From: an uncultured Bacilli bacterium
GTDB lineage: Bacteria; Bacillota_I; Bacilli_A; RF39; UBA660
Length of the DNA: 64,000 nucleotides
Direction: 5' to 3'
Assembly: GCA_934182615.1 (NCBI GenBank)
Contig: CAKPRO010000006.1
Coordinates: forward strand, 4,771 to 68,770
This document shows positions 24,395-32,923 of this stretch, piece by piece. The notes beneath the pieces are model-generated. The model searched no databases and had not been told where the DNA came from. It was given only the letters and a program-made list of their open reading frames with translations. Position numbers and translations under genes: made by a program. Within the stretch, counting starts at the first letter, position 1. Each line of letters starts with the position of its first letter.

Positions 24395-25315
24395 TCAATC
24401 CTCTATTCTTTCAATAACTCTAAGTCTAGATGACCTTGCTCTATTATTTTCCTCTAACTCCTCTTTACTAGGAGTAATATTTGCTATTAATTTAAACTTA
24501 GGTAAATATTCTTTAGGTATAAATGGTAGCTTAGATAGACTACTATCAACCTTAGAATATTTATTAAATATCTCTTTAACAATCTTATCTTCTAAAGAAT
24601 GAAAAGTAATTACAGATATTCTTCCTCCAACATTTAACATCTCTATTGCTTCTTCTAAAGCATCCCTTAGAACACCAAGTTCATTATTTACTTCTATTCT
24701 AATAGCTTGAAAAGTCTTTCTCGCTGGATGACTATCTTTCATAGCCTTATATGGCATACTCTTTTTAATTACTTCAACTAACTCTAGTGTCGTTTCAATC
24801 TTTTTATTTTCTCTAGTCTTAATAATATTATTTGCAATACTACTAGCATATTTTTCTTCACCATATTCTCTTAATATTCTAACTAAATCATTATAAGAAT
24901 AAGTATTAACCACATCGTATGCTGAAAACTCTTTATCTCTATCCATTCTCATATCAAGAGGAGCATCATTATGATAACTAAAACCTCGCTCAGGAATATC
25001 AAGTTGTGGTGAAGAAACACCTAAGTCAAAGACAATTCCATCTATTTTATTAATACCCCTTTTATTTAATTCTTCTTTAAGATTAACAAAATTAGATTTA
25101 ATTATCTCATAGTTATTACCAATTTCTGATAATTTCTTATTACTATATTCTATCGCCATTTCATCTTGATCAAAGGCGAAAAGAAAGCCCCTTTTAACTC
25201 TCTTTAAAATTAAACCACTATGTCCCCCAAAGCCAAGTGTAGCATCTACATAAATTCCATCTTCTTTTACATTAAGATTATCAATGGCTTCATTTAAAAG
25301 TACTGTCTTATGCAT
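24395..25315 (-). CDS. rsmH: 16S rRNA (cytosine1402-N4)-methyltransferase RsmH
   Basis: Motifs HKTVLLNEAIDNL, DATLGFGGHS and DLGVSSPQLD. Likely start is at 25315, just after the mraZ stop. Confidence 0.95.
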   Translation of the reverse strand: MHKTVLLNEAIDNLNVKEDGIYVDATLGFGGHSGLILKRVKRGFLFAFDQDEMAIEYSNKKLSEIGNNYEIIKSNFVNLKEELNKRGINKIDGIVFDLGVSSPQLDIPERGFSYHNDAPLDMRMDRDKEFSAYDVVNTYSYNDLVRILREYGEEKYASSIANNIIKTRENKKIETTLELVEVIKKSMPYKAMKDSHPARKTFQAIRIEVNNELGVLRDALEEAIEMLNVGGRISVITFHSLEDKIVKEIFNKYSKVDSSLSKLPFIPKEYLPKFKLIANITPSKEELEENNRARSSRLRVIERIED

Positions 25316-25748
25316 CAATATCAAATCCTTCAAATAAATTCTCTGCTACTTCAGATATCTTATCCATATTACTATCAATAAGATTATCAAACTTATCCGT
25401 AGCCCATATTTCTAGGCGATCATTAACCCCAATTATTGTACATTCCTTTTTAATACCCGCATAACAAATTAATGAAGATGGCAAGTTTATTCTACCTTGC
25501 TTATCAAATTCACATACAGTAGCACCAGATAAGAAAAATCTGTTAAATGTTCTGGCATCTTGCTTAGTAAATGGAAGTGTTTTTAATTTAGATACAATAT
25601 TATCCCATTCTATCTTACTATAGACAAATAGACATCCATCTAATCCTCTAGTAACAATAAACTCATTACCAATATCTTCTCTAAATTTAGAAGGTATAAT
25701 TAATCTTCCCTTTTCATCAAGATTATGATGATATTCTCCAATTAACAT
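25308..25748 (-). CDS. mraZ: Transcriptional regulator MraZ
   Basis: MLIGEYHHNLDEKGRLIIPSKFRE, with two SpoVT/AbrB-like repeats. Confidence 0.95.
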   Translation of the reverse strand: MLIGEYHHNLDEKGRLIIPSKFREDIGNEFIVTRGLDGCLFVYSKIEWDNIVSKLKTLPFTKQDARTFNRFFLSGATVCEFDKQGRINLPSSLICYAGIKKECTIIGVNDRLEIWATDKFDNLIDSNMDKISEVAENLFEGFDIDA

Positions 25749-25971
25749 AATATCCCCCACTTTCTTCCACTTCGTGCCACTCTATGATTATATTCTACTA
25801 TAAAGTATTATCTTTGTAAATATCTTTCTTCTAATTTGACAAAAAAAGATGTAAACTTATCTAATATTTTCACCTTCCATGAAAATCCAAGGTATTTTCA
25901 TGTCTGACATAGCCTAATTCTTAGTCTATATCAGTGTCTCATTAGACCTATCATATATAAGTTAAAACCAA

Positions 25972-25999
25972 AAGAAAAAAGCTAGTCATAATAACTAGC
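25972..25999 (-). terminator. Intrinsic terminator
   Basis: Minus strand has GCUAGUUAUUAUGACUAGC followed by UUUUUUCUUUU. It overlaps the stop of the 25995-26543 gene. Confidence 0.65.
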
Positions 26000-26543
26000 C
26001 ATTTAATGTAGCATTCTTACCAGTAGCATATAAATCAAATGATAATGTTTTATTTTGCATAGTATTTGGATTAGTATAATCTTTACCATTAAACCATAAA
26101 TATAAAGTATATTTATCTGTAGTAGTATTAACTACTCTATCAGTAAATAATGTTAAAGTAGTAGTGCCACTACTAGCATAAGTTATATCTTTAAAATTAC
26201 CTTTAGTAACTAAAGTACTATCATTATAATATAATTCATATATAAATGATTCTTCTTTTAATTCACTTGGCATAGTAGTTAAATCCATATATAAACTCAT
26301 AGTACTACCTTCTTCACTTGCTATAACTGTTATATCTTTCTTAATACCTTCTTCTTTACTGTCTACTGGTATTAAAGTACCAGTAACATTACTTCCTCCA
26401 TTAAAAGTAACAGTACTGCCTTCAATACCTACACTAACATTAATATTAGAAGCACTATTCCATCTATAATAAGCATAAGTACCACCAATCATTAATATAA
26501 TTAACCCTATTATTCCTATTATTAATCCTTTATTATTTTTCAT
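25995..26543 (-). CDS. Secreted protein with SipW-type (TasA/camelysin-class) signal peptide
   Basis: N-terminus MKNNKGLIIGIIGLIILMIGGTYAYYRW. It shares a beta-rich domain with the N-terminal regions of 26557-27903 and 42498-44009 (YTLYLWF). Confidence 0.6.
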   Translation of the reverse strand: MKNNKGLIIGIIGLIILMIGGTYAYYRWNSASNINVSVGIEGSTVTFNGGSNVTGTLIPVDSKEEGIKKDITVIASEEGSTMSLYMDLTTMPSELKEESFIYELYYNDSTLVTKGNFKDITYASSGTTTLTLFTDRVVNTTTDKYTLYLWFNGKDYTNPNTMQNKTLSFDLYATGKNATLNG

Positions 26544-26556
26544 ATCTATCCTCTCA

Positions 26557-27903
26557 CTAACTTGGTTGTCCTGTAGTTACTGTTACTGCATTGTATGTAG
26601 TACTTCCTATTGTTTTAGCATTAGTAGTACCTGTTACAAATGTTGTACCTGAACTTCCATTTACTGCTTTATTCCAGTCAAACGCCTTACCAGAATTATT
26701 ATATATGATTTTTAAATTGGGATTATTTATATATTCTACACCAGCAAAAGAAGATCCAGTGTCATTCGAAGTTTCAAAAGCACTACCGGATATACTTGAT
26801 AAATTAGAACCATAATCTATTAATACATAATCCAAATTGTTATTCATAAATGCACCATAGCCTATATCAATTACTGGAGCCGGTATAATAACATCTGTTA
26901 ATTTGTTATAAGCAAATGCGTAACTATCTATTGTGGTCAATGAATTTGATAGTGTAACACTCACCAAATTATTTGACGTAAAAGATTGTTCTCCAATAGA
27001 TAATATTGTGTTAGGCATTATAACACTTGAAATATTAGTGGATTGACTGCAACTATTACCTCCAATCATAGAACTATAACTATATTCAGCACATGCAAAT
27101 CCTTCTTTTATTTTTGTTATTTTATACCCAGCAATAGTATCAGGAATAACTATATCATTAACTACTTTATATCCATTACTATTTCCTTCATAACAATTAT
27201 AACCAACTGAAGATAGTGATGCCGTTTTATTTGTTTCATCTTTATCAGTGATATTGAAACAATATTCAGGTGTAGGTTCTACATATTTACCTTGTTCTGC
27301 ATCAGCACTTATATTACCAATAAATGTTGCTGATGTTATACTATTACCTGCTAGGGCATTATCTACATAGATTACTACTAAATATTTATATATTTCTGTA
27401 TTAGATAATTGTTTGGTAAGTAGTGTTATAGTATCACTACTTGTAATACTACCAGTAGATACTATATCAAATGATTGATTAAGTAAAGAATCTACTGTTA
27501 CCGAAGATGGCGTTGTTATTGTACTAGTATTATCTAACACTACATACTTAAGTGCTCCTTTACTATCTCCAGTAGTAAATGCATCTGATATATTAGTTAC
27601 ATTTAAATATATAGAACCATATCCTTCAATAGTACAAGTAGACTTAATACCTATATTAACCGCTGATATACCTATTCCATTCTTAATAGTAAATTTATTA
27701 CTACTAATTAGATCTGATTCATTAAGTAATTTTAAATTACCACTTATATCTTGTCCTTTAGTATAATCTATAGTAAAACATCCACTTGTTAATCCTATAT
27801 TTATTTTACTACTCGTCCATGTTAGTATAGCGTATGTTAATCCCGATATAGCTAGTATTAATATTATTACTCCTAGTATTATTAATTTCTTTTTCTTTTC
27901 CAT
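26557..27903 (-). CDS. Surface protein with SipW-type signal and C-terminal BspA-like leucine-rich repeats
   Basis: Signal LAISGLTYAILTW. C-terminal LRR units include IPDTIAGYKITKI and SVTLSNSLTTIDSYAFAYNKLTDVIIP. Confidence 0.7.
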   Translation of the reverse strand: MEKKKKLIILGVIILILAISGLTYAILTWTSSKINIGLTSGCFTIDYTKGQDISGNLKLLNESDLISSNKFTIKNGIGISAVNIGIKSTCTIEGYGSIYLNVTNISDAFTTGDSKGALKYVVLDNTSTITTPSSVTVDSLLNQSFDIVSTGSITSSDTITLLTKQLSNTEIYKYLVVIYVDNALAGNSITSATFIGNISADAEQGKYVEPTPEYCFNITDKDETNKTASLSSVGYNCYEGNSNGYKVVNDIVIPDTIAGYKITKIKEGFACAEYSYSSMIGGNSCSQSTNISSVIMPNTILSIGEQSFTSNNLVSVTLSNSLTTIDSYAFAYNKLTDVIIPAPVIDIGYGAFMNNNLDYVLIDYGSNLSSISGSAFETSNDTGSSFAGVEYINNPNLKIIYNNSGKAFDWNKAVNGSSGTTFVTGTTNAKTIGSTTYNAVTVTTGQPS

Positions 27904-27922
27904 GATATCTTCCTTTCTGACA

Positions 27923-27975
27923 TAGTAAAAAGACTATGAAAGACTAGTATTACTACTAGTTACTTCATAGTCTTT
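27923..27975 (-). terminator. Conserved leader terminator, copy 1
   Basis: Minus strand has AAAGACUAUGAAG-(nested hairpin)-CUUUCAUAGUCUUU followed by UUACU, about 20 nt before the ATG at 27903. Confidence 0.7.
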
Positions 27976-28003
27976 ATCTATATTATTATTTAATTTATTT
28001 AAG

Positions 28004-28066
28004 TTAGTTTTGTGCCCCCCCCCTAATTAACTTCTGGTTAACGTTTTTGCATAGTTCTTTATTCAT
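28004..28066 (-). CDS. Leader ORF 1 (20 aa as sequenced) containing the G9 tract
   Basis: SD AAAGGAGG, 9 nt, then the ATG at 28066. Translation is MNKELCKNVNQKLIRGGAQN-stop. With 8 or 11 G the frame continues to the TAG inside the 3' arm of the terminator. Confidence 0.5.
   Translation of the reverse strand: MNKELCKNVNQKLIRGGAQN
28015..28023 (-). repeat. Homopolymeric G9 tract (C9 on plus strand)
   Basis: Counted directly. The equivalent tracts are G6 (44119-44124) and G10 (46190-46199) in the paralogous leaders. Confidence 0.9.
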
Positions 28067-28088
28067 GGTGGGAGGCCTCCTTTCACTG

Positions 28089-28152
28089 TTGATTTGCGAA
28101 TTAATTGGGATCGAAAACTATCGAATTATTTGGGATCTCAATTGCAAATCAA
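28089..28152 (-). promoter_or_regulatory. Conserved imperfect palindrome / 5'-UTR stem-loop, copy 1
   Basis: TTGATTTGCGAATTAATTGGGATC ... GGATCTCAATTGCAAATCAA. The same arms are found at 44203-44240 and 46259-46330. Confidence 0.6.
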
Positions 28153-28171
28153 TTCTCTTACTTATGAATAA

Positions 28172-28200
28172 ATAATACCATAAGTTTAAATAAATTACAA
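28172..28200 (-). promoter_or_regulatory. Sigma-A type promoter with extended -10 (leader 1)
   Basis: Minus strand has TTGTAA, a 17 nt spacer ending in TGg, then TATTAT. Confidence 0.55.
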
Positions 28201-28215
28201 TATAAAAATTTAAAT

Positions 28216-29277
28216 TTAACTAGAAAATATTTGAACCCAATAATATTGATTATTAATTTTTTGAACTCCTATTCCTATTTTTTTAAATTTAGAAGAAATT
28301 ATATTTTGGTAGTGGCCACTTGAAGAACGCCAACCTTCCATAACACTTGAAGCACTTTTATAACCATAAGCTATATTTTCTCCCGCAGCACCATAAGATA
28401 TTCCTAAATCAGATAAAACAGTAAAACAACTTGTTCCATTAGGTCGATCATGAGAAAACTTACCACTACCTGCAATTTCTATTGCTCGTACCATCGCAGC
28501 AGTTTCTAATTGTGAATCTAATGTCAAAGAAGATTCATTTACCATAGAACGATATCTATTTGTTGTTTCATATACTTCGTTTACTAATGAAGAATATCTA
28601 TCTTTATTTTGTATTGCTTCTTCTACCATATCATTCGTAGACATATTACTATTATATTTTATACCAGTTACTGTAATATCAGTATTATCTGTATAAGTAT
28701 TTATATCTTCAGTAGAAGATACTATTGTAAGCTTCGTAGTCATTTCTGTTTGATTATCACTTTCGTCTTTAGCAATAATAGTTATATTATAAGTACCTAC
28801 TTCTTTATATGTATATTTATCTTGAAATGAAAGAATACAATCCTCTTCACTATTATCACTACAACTAGTAATAAAATCTTTAATATTATATTCTTCTCCC
28901 TCATTAATAACTAATTCTTTTAATACTAAATCAGGACTCTTAGTATCAGTAACATTTAAAATACTTTTATATTCTTTGTCTCTATATTTAATAACTATAT
29001 CATACTTACCTAATTTATTATACTTAGTATCAAATTTAATTTCTTTTCCATTATCATAATATTTAATTAAAGTATTACCAAGAGGATACCCCAATATATC
29101 ACTAATATCTAAAACATTACTCATAAGTTCAACATCTATATTACTTTTAATATTAATATCATTACTAAAAGTACCACTACCAGTAGTTATACTCTTATAA
29201 CTAATAACTATTATTATTATAAATAAAATAATAATAGTTAAAAGACTACCCCCTTCAATTAATGTTTTCTTATTCAT
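28216..29277 (-). CDS. Membrane-anchored CAP/SCP (YkwD-like) domain protein
   Basis: N-terminal TM. The C-terminus has the CAP-domain signature LTLDSQLETAAMVRAIEIAGSGKFSHDRPNG...GENIAYGY...EGWRSSSGHYQNI. Confidence 0.75.
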   Translation of the reverse strand: MNKKTLIEGGSLLTIIILFIIIIVISYKSITTGSGTFSNDINIKSNIDVELMSNVLDISDILGYPLGNTLIKYYDNGKEIKFDTKYNKLGKYDIVIKYRDKEYKSILNVTDTKSPDLVLKELVINEGEEYNIKDFITSCSDNSEEDCILSFQDKYTYKEVGTYNITIIAKDESDNQTEMTTKLTIVSSTEDINTYTDNTDITVTGIKYNSNMSTNDMVEEAIQNKDRYSSLVNEVYETTNRYRSMVNESSLTLDSQLETAAMVRAIEIAGSGKFSHDRPNGTSCFTVLSDLGISYGAAGENIAYGYKSASSVMEGWRSSSGHYQNIISSKFKKIGIGVQKINNQYYWVQIFSS

Positions 29278-29318
29278 AAATTATTCACTCCCATGAAAAA
29301 AGAGTATTATTACTCTTC

Positions 29319-30599
29319 TTATATATATCTTCTTTTCTTTATCTTTCTTTTTTCTTCTTCATTTAAAGGAACAAAACTATTAAATAATTTAGTACTAATT
29401 CTATTTCTCATATAAAAACCATTTTTCTTAATCATATTAATTAATTTTTCATCTTTAGTTAAATTATAATATGCTTCTATATATAATTTTTTTATTATAT
29501 TAAAATAATAAGTTACAATATCTTTTTGATTAGTTCCTTCTAATTTATATTCTTCATCATTATAACTAAGTATTTCTTTAACAAAGAAATAAGATATTGA
29601 AGCCATCAACTCATAATTCCCATTTATATTAATAGCTTCTTCTTCCTGATCATAATTCATTAAATCATATGTAGAATCAAGTGCATACATAAATCTATAT
29701 TTACTAAAAATAAGTTCATCTCTTAATTCTTCATTTCTAACATTATCTATTTCTTTATCTAATAATCTTAATAATTCTAAACAAAAATTAATTTTTGATA
29801 TATCATTAATACTAAATACTTTTTTCTTTTTCTTTAAATTATTTTTCATTCTATCTTTTAATGCATATTTTGAAACTGATTCATTTAAAAATAGTGCTCT
29901 ATTCATTGGATCATCTAGTAGAAAGCTATAATCAAATTCTGGAGAATAGAATAATTTTATTTGTCCCATTTCTCCTTGCATACTTTTAGCGTTATCCGTA
30001 GCATATAATATTAAATTTCTTTGTTCTGTTTCATTAAGATTATTATCAATATTTATATACATAGTATTAATAAGTGTTTTTAATATCTTTACTCTTTTAC
30101 TTGAAATAAAACTTCTCATTTCAGAAAAAGCATCTCTATAACTAAGTTCTAAATATTCACTTTCTAATTCTTCTTCTATTCTTAATATAGTATCATAAAT
30201 ATCTGTATTTATTTTTATATCTAAAATATTTAAAAAACAAGAATTACTATTAATTATATCATGTATATCATAAATGAATTCCATATCATAAAAATTCTTA
30301 GCCCCTGCTTTTTTTATTAAGTCTTTTAATTCTTCAAGTGAAGCATTTTCGTCAAAAATAATATTCCCATTATCGTCCATTTCAAAATAGTCTTCATTGT
30401 CTTCTAAAAAGAAAGCTAGTTCACTTACAAAATCAAATTCAAATATCATATCTTCTAATGCTTCTGGTTCAAATTCAAGTAAATTTATTAATCTTTTTAA
30501 ATACATAACTAGTTTATCTTTACTAATTTTCGTTTCTTTTTTATTTTCTTTTAATGTAAGCATAATATCTAATATTATGTAATCTAGTGGCATACTCAT
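29319..30599 (-). CDS. Hypothetical protein
   Basis: 426 aa ORF with no recognisable motif. Confidence 0.5.
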   Translation of the reverse strand: MSMPLDYIILDIMLTLKENKKETKISKDKLVMYLKRLINLLEFEPEALEDMIFEFDFVSELAFFLEDNEDYFEMDDNGNIIFDENASLEELKDLIKKAGAKNFYDMEFIYDIHDIINSNSCFLNILDIKINTDIYDTILRIEEELESEYLELSYRDAFSEMRSFISSKRVKILKTLINTMYINIDNNLNETEQRNLILYATDNAKSMQGEMGQIKLFYSPEFDYSFLLDDPMNRALFLNESVSKYALKDRMKNNLKKKKKVFSINDISKINFCLELLRLLDKEIDNVRNEELRDELIFSKYRFMYALDSTYDLMNYDQEEEAININGNYELMASISYFFVKEILSYNDEEYKLEGTNQKDIVTYYFNIIKKLYIEAYYNLTKDEKLINMIKKNGFYMRNRISTKLFNSFVPLNEEEKRKIKKRRYI

Positions 30600-30879
30600 A
30601 AAACCCTCCCTTTTTTCATATAAAATATACTATCACATATCCAAAGAAAAATCAATAAATTTAAATGATATTCACTACTTTGTAATATTGACAGTACCAA
30701 GGTACTTCCCGAGGAGAATACAAGCGTGGATTACCTGCTAATCATGGAACTTCTTTTGATATTAAGTAAAGCATCTACCTAAACTATATAATAAAATAAG
30801 TAGTAATGACTAAAATCATTATCCACTTTTTTCAGGCAAAAAGAAAAGACTTACAAAGTGTAAGGCTTTCAAAGTCAAA

Positions 30880-30956
30880 TGGTCGGGAAGACAGGATTTG
30901 AACCTGCGACCTCTACGTCCCAAGCGTAGCGCTCTACCAAGCTAAGCTACTTCCCG
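30880..30956 (-). tRNA. tRNA-Pro (anticodon UGG)
   Basis: rc reads CGGGAAGTAGCTTAGCTTGGTAGAGCGCTACGCTTGGGACGTAGAGGTCGCAGGTTCAAATCCTGTCTTCCCGACCA. It folds as a cloverleaf with anticodon loop CUUGGGA and an encoded CCA. Confidence 0.95.
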
Positions 30957-30963
30957 AAAAAAA

Positions 30964-31040
30964 TGGTGGAGAATGAGGGACTCGAACCCTTGACCCTCTG
31001 CGTGCAAGGCAGATGCTCTAGCCAACTGAGCTAATTCCCC
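30964..31040 (-). tRNA. tRNA-Ala (anticodon UGC)
   Basis: rc reads GGGGAATTAGCTCAGTTGGCTAGAGCATCTGCCTTGCACGCAGAGGGTCAAGGGTTCGAGTCCCTCATTCTCCACCA. It has the G3:U70 identity pair and anticodon loop CUUGCAC. Confidence 0.95.
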
Positions 31041-31102
31041 ACGGACAATATAAATTATATCAGTAATTTATATTGTTGTCAATACTTTTTTATAAGTTTT
31101 AA

Positions 31103-31393
31103 TTATTTAGTCTCATATACACTAACTTGTTTTCTATCTCTACCAAGTCTAGAGTATTTAACATATCCAGAAATCTTAGCAAATAAAGTATCATCTGTGC
31201 CTCTACCTACATTAGTTCCAGGATGAATTTTAGTTCCTCTTTGACGATATATAATAGAACCTGCAGTTACATATTCACCATCAGAAGCTTTTGCTCCAAG
31301 TCTTCTACCAGCAGAATCTCTTCCATTACTAGTAGATGATTGACCTTTTTTGTGGGCAAATAATTGTATATTAAATTCCATTAATCTATTCAT
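31103..31393 (-). CDS. rpmA: 50S ribosomal protein L27 with N-terminal propeptide
   Basis: The sequence ..[21 protein letters not shown].. contains the Prp cleavage context F/AHKKG. Confidence 0.95.
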   Translation of the reverse strand: MNRLMEFNIQLFAHKKGQSSTSNGRDSAGRRLGAKASDGEYVTAGSIIYRQRGTKIHPGTNVGRGTDDTLFAKISGYVKYSRLGRDRKQVSVYETK

Positions 31394-31700
31394 TATTTTC
31401 CTCCTTAATTTTTATATTCTTAGGATATGCTTTTTCTAATTCATATAAATTAGTTACCATAACATTAATAATTTTAGTAGTCACTTCATCATCTTTTAAA
31501 ACTTTAATATCAAGTCCGTTCTTATCTTCATAACTAATCGATTCATTATCAATAGCTAAACAAGAATTAACTGAAGTAATTACTGTACTACTAACCGCAG
31601 CACATACAATATCTTTACCAAAATCATCATAATTAGCATGTCCCGTAATAATAATTCTTTTATAATAATTATTATTCTTAGTAAGTTTTACTTTAATCAT
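31386..31700 (-). CDS. prp: Ribosomal-processing cysteine protease Prp
   Basis: 104 aa between rplU and rpmA. Motifs GHANY and DIVCAAVSS. Confidence 0.85.
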   Translation of the reverse strand: MIKVKLTKNNNYYKRIIITGHANYDDFGKDIVCAAVSSTVITSVNSCLAIDNESISYEDKNGLDIKVLKDDEVTTKIINVMVTNLYELEKAYPKNIKIKEENNE

Positions 31701-31709
31701 AAAACCACC

Positions 31710-32006
31710 TTATTTGATCTTTTTAATCTCTACTTTAGTATATGGTTGTCTGTGTCCTTTTTTAACTCTAGTAGATCTCTTATTAGGTTTGTATCTAAAT
31801 ATAGTTAATTTCTTTTGTTTACCTTGTTTTAAGATAACACCTTCTATTTTAGAAGAAACATAAGGATTACCTACTACACCATTTGCCATAAGAACCTTGT
31901 CAAAAACAACTTTATCTCCTTCGTTACCATCTAGTTTTTCAACATAGATAACTGTTCCTTCAGATACATAATATTGTTTTCCACCAGTTTCAATAATTGC
32001 TTTCAT
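31710..32006 (-). CDS. rplU: 50S ribosomal protein L21
   Basis: [42 protein letters not shown]. Confidence 0.95.
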   Translation of the reverse strand: MKAIIETGGKQYYVSEGTVIYVEKLDGNEGDKVVFDKVLMANGVVGNPYVSSKIEGVILKQGKQKKLTIFRYKPNKRSTRVKKGHRQPYTKVEIKKIK

Positions 32007-32112
32007 CTCATTCCCTCCTTTATATATTTGTAAGACTCACTCTTAAGGTGTCATAATGATCTTATAACCTTTTCAATGTGGTTGAGATATTCAACTTGGC
32101 GTCTTTCAAAAC
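32007..32112 (-). promoter_or_regulatory. Structured 5' leader of rplU (possible L21 leader)
   Basis: About 105 nt UTR with hairpins (GUUGAAUAUCUCAAC and others). It occupies the position of the known Firmicute L21 leader. I did not verify the consensus. Confidence 0.3.
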
Positions 32113-32118
32113 AATTTA

Positions 32119-32147
32119 ATTCTACCATAAATAAATACTAAAGTCAA
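32119..32147 (-). promoter_or_regulatory. Sigma-A type promoter of rplU-prp-rpmA
   Basis: Minus strand has TTGACT, a 17 nt spacer ending in TGg, then TAGAAT. Confidence 0.55.
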
Positions 32148-32152
32148 ATAAA

Positions 32153-32923
32153 TTAAGGCTTTTTCTCAAAAAAAGTACTAATATATTCTTTTTCATTTAT
32201 TAATTTACCCTTGTCATTAAATGAATGTTCTTTATTTTTATACATTTTATTTATATTTTTAATAACTTTTTTATCTTTATAATTAAATTTAAATAAATAT
32301 CTTTCTAATATAAATCTATTATATATATAAGAAATATCTTTATAAAACTTATATATATTTTGCATAAGAACTCCTACTACTAAGATAATACTATAATTAT
32401 TTTCATATATATCACTATATAAAAATACCACTATCATAATAAGTGAAATAACTACACTAATATAATTAGAAGTATTAAAGCTAAAATATTTCGATAATAT
32501 TAAATTAACTATCTTAGCACCATCTAATGGATATATAGGAAGTAAATTAAAAATAAGCATACTCTTATGATATAAAAAAAATAAATCATAGATATATTCT
32601 CTTACAATACCATTTCTATATAAAAAAAAGATAATACCAAAATAAATACTTTGTATAACCACTCCTGAAATAGCTACTAATAAATCATTTTCTATCTTAG
32701 TATTAATCTTTGTATCAATATTAGTAATTCCCCCATATGGATAAATAATAATTTTATTCACTTTATACTTCATTATAATAGCCATTATTACATGACCTAA
32801 TTCATGAATAATAATAAGTGATGTAAAAATAATCAAGTTAATAAAATGCCCCGTAATAACAAGACCAAATGCTATAATTATATAAGTATAATGAAATTCT
32901 ATTTTATTTAAGATATTCTTCAT
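32153..32923 (-). CDS. spoIVFB: Site-2 (M50) metalloprotease, SpoIVFB-like
   Basis: Motifs HELGHVIMA and NLLPIYPLDGAKI. Polytopic. Synteny with spoIVFA-spoIVFB-rplU as in Bacillus. Confidence 0.75.
   Translation of the reverse strand: MKNILNKIEFHYTYIIIAFGLVITGHFINLIIFTSLIIIHELGHVIMAIIMKYKVNKIIIYPYGGITNIDTKINTKIENDLLVAISGVVIQSIYFGIIFFLYRNGIVREYIYDLFFLYHKSMLIFNLLPIYPLDGAKIVNLILSKYFSFNTSNYISVVISLIMIVVFLYSDIYENNYSIILVVGVLMQNIYKFYKDISYIYNRFILERYLFKFNYKDKKVIKNINKMYKNKEHSFNDKGKLINEKEYISTFFEKKP

Noticed and set aside
25873-25935. Degenerate twin-hairpin-like sequence upstream of mraZ
   Set aside because: Only the second hairpin (GACAUAGCC..AGUCUAUAUC type) is recognisable. It is too divergent to call confidently, so it is mentioned only as a possible relic.
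28089-28152. Inverted repeats in the three leaders as boundaries of an invertible promoter switch
   Set aside because: The arms enclose only 14 to about 45 bp and no promoter. The promoter lies outside them, and no site-specific recombinase gene is nearby. An RNA stem-loop or an operator is more plausible.
30700-30760. CGGGAAGTA.. match to the tRNA-Pro 5' end downstream of the tRNA genes as an island attachment-site duplication
   Set aside because: Identity extends for only about 9 nt, and it involves the 5' rather than the 3' part of the tRNA. No integrase is nearby.
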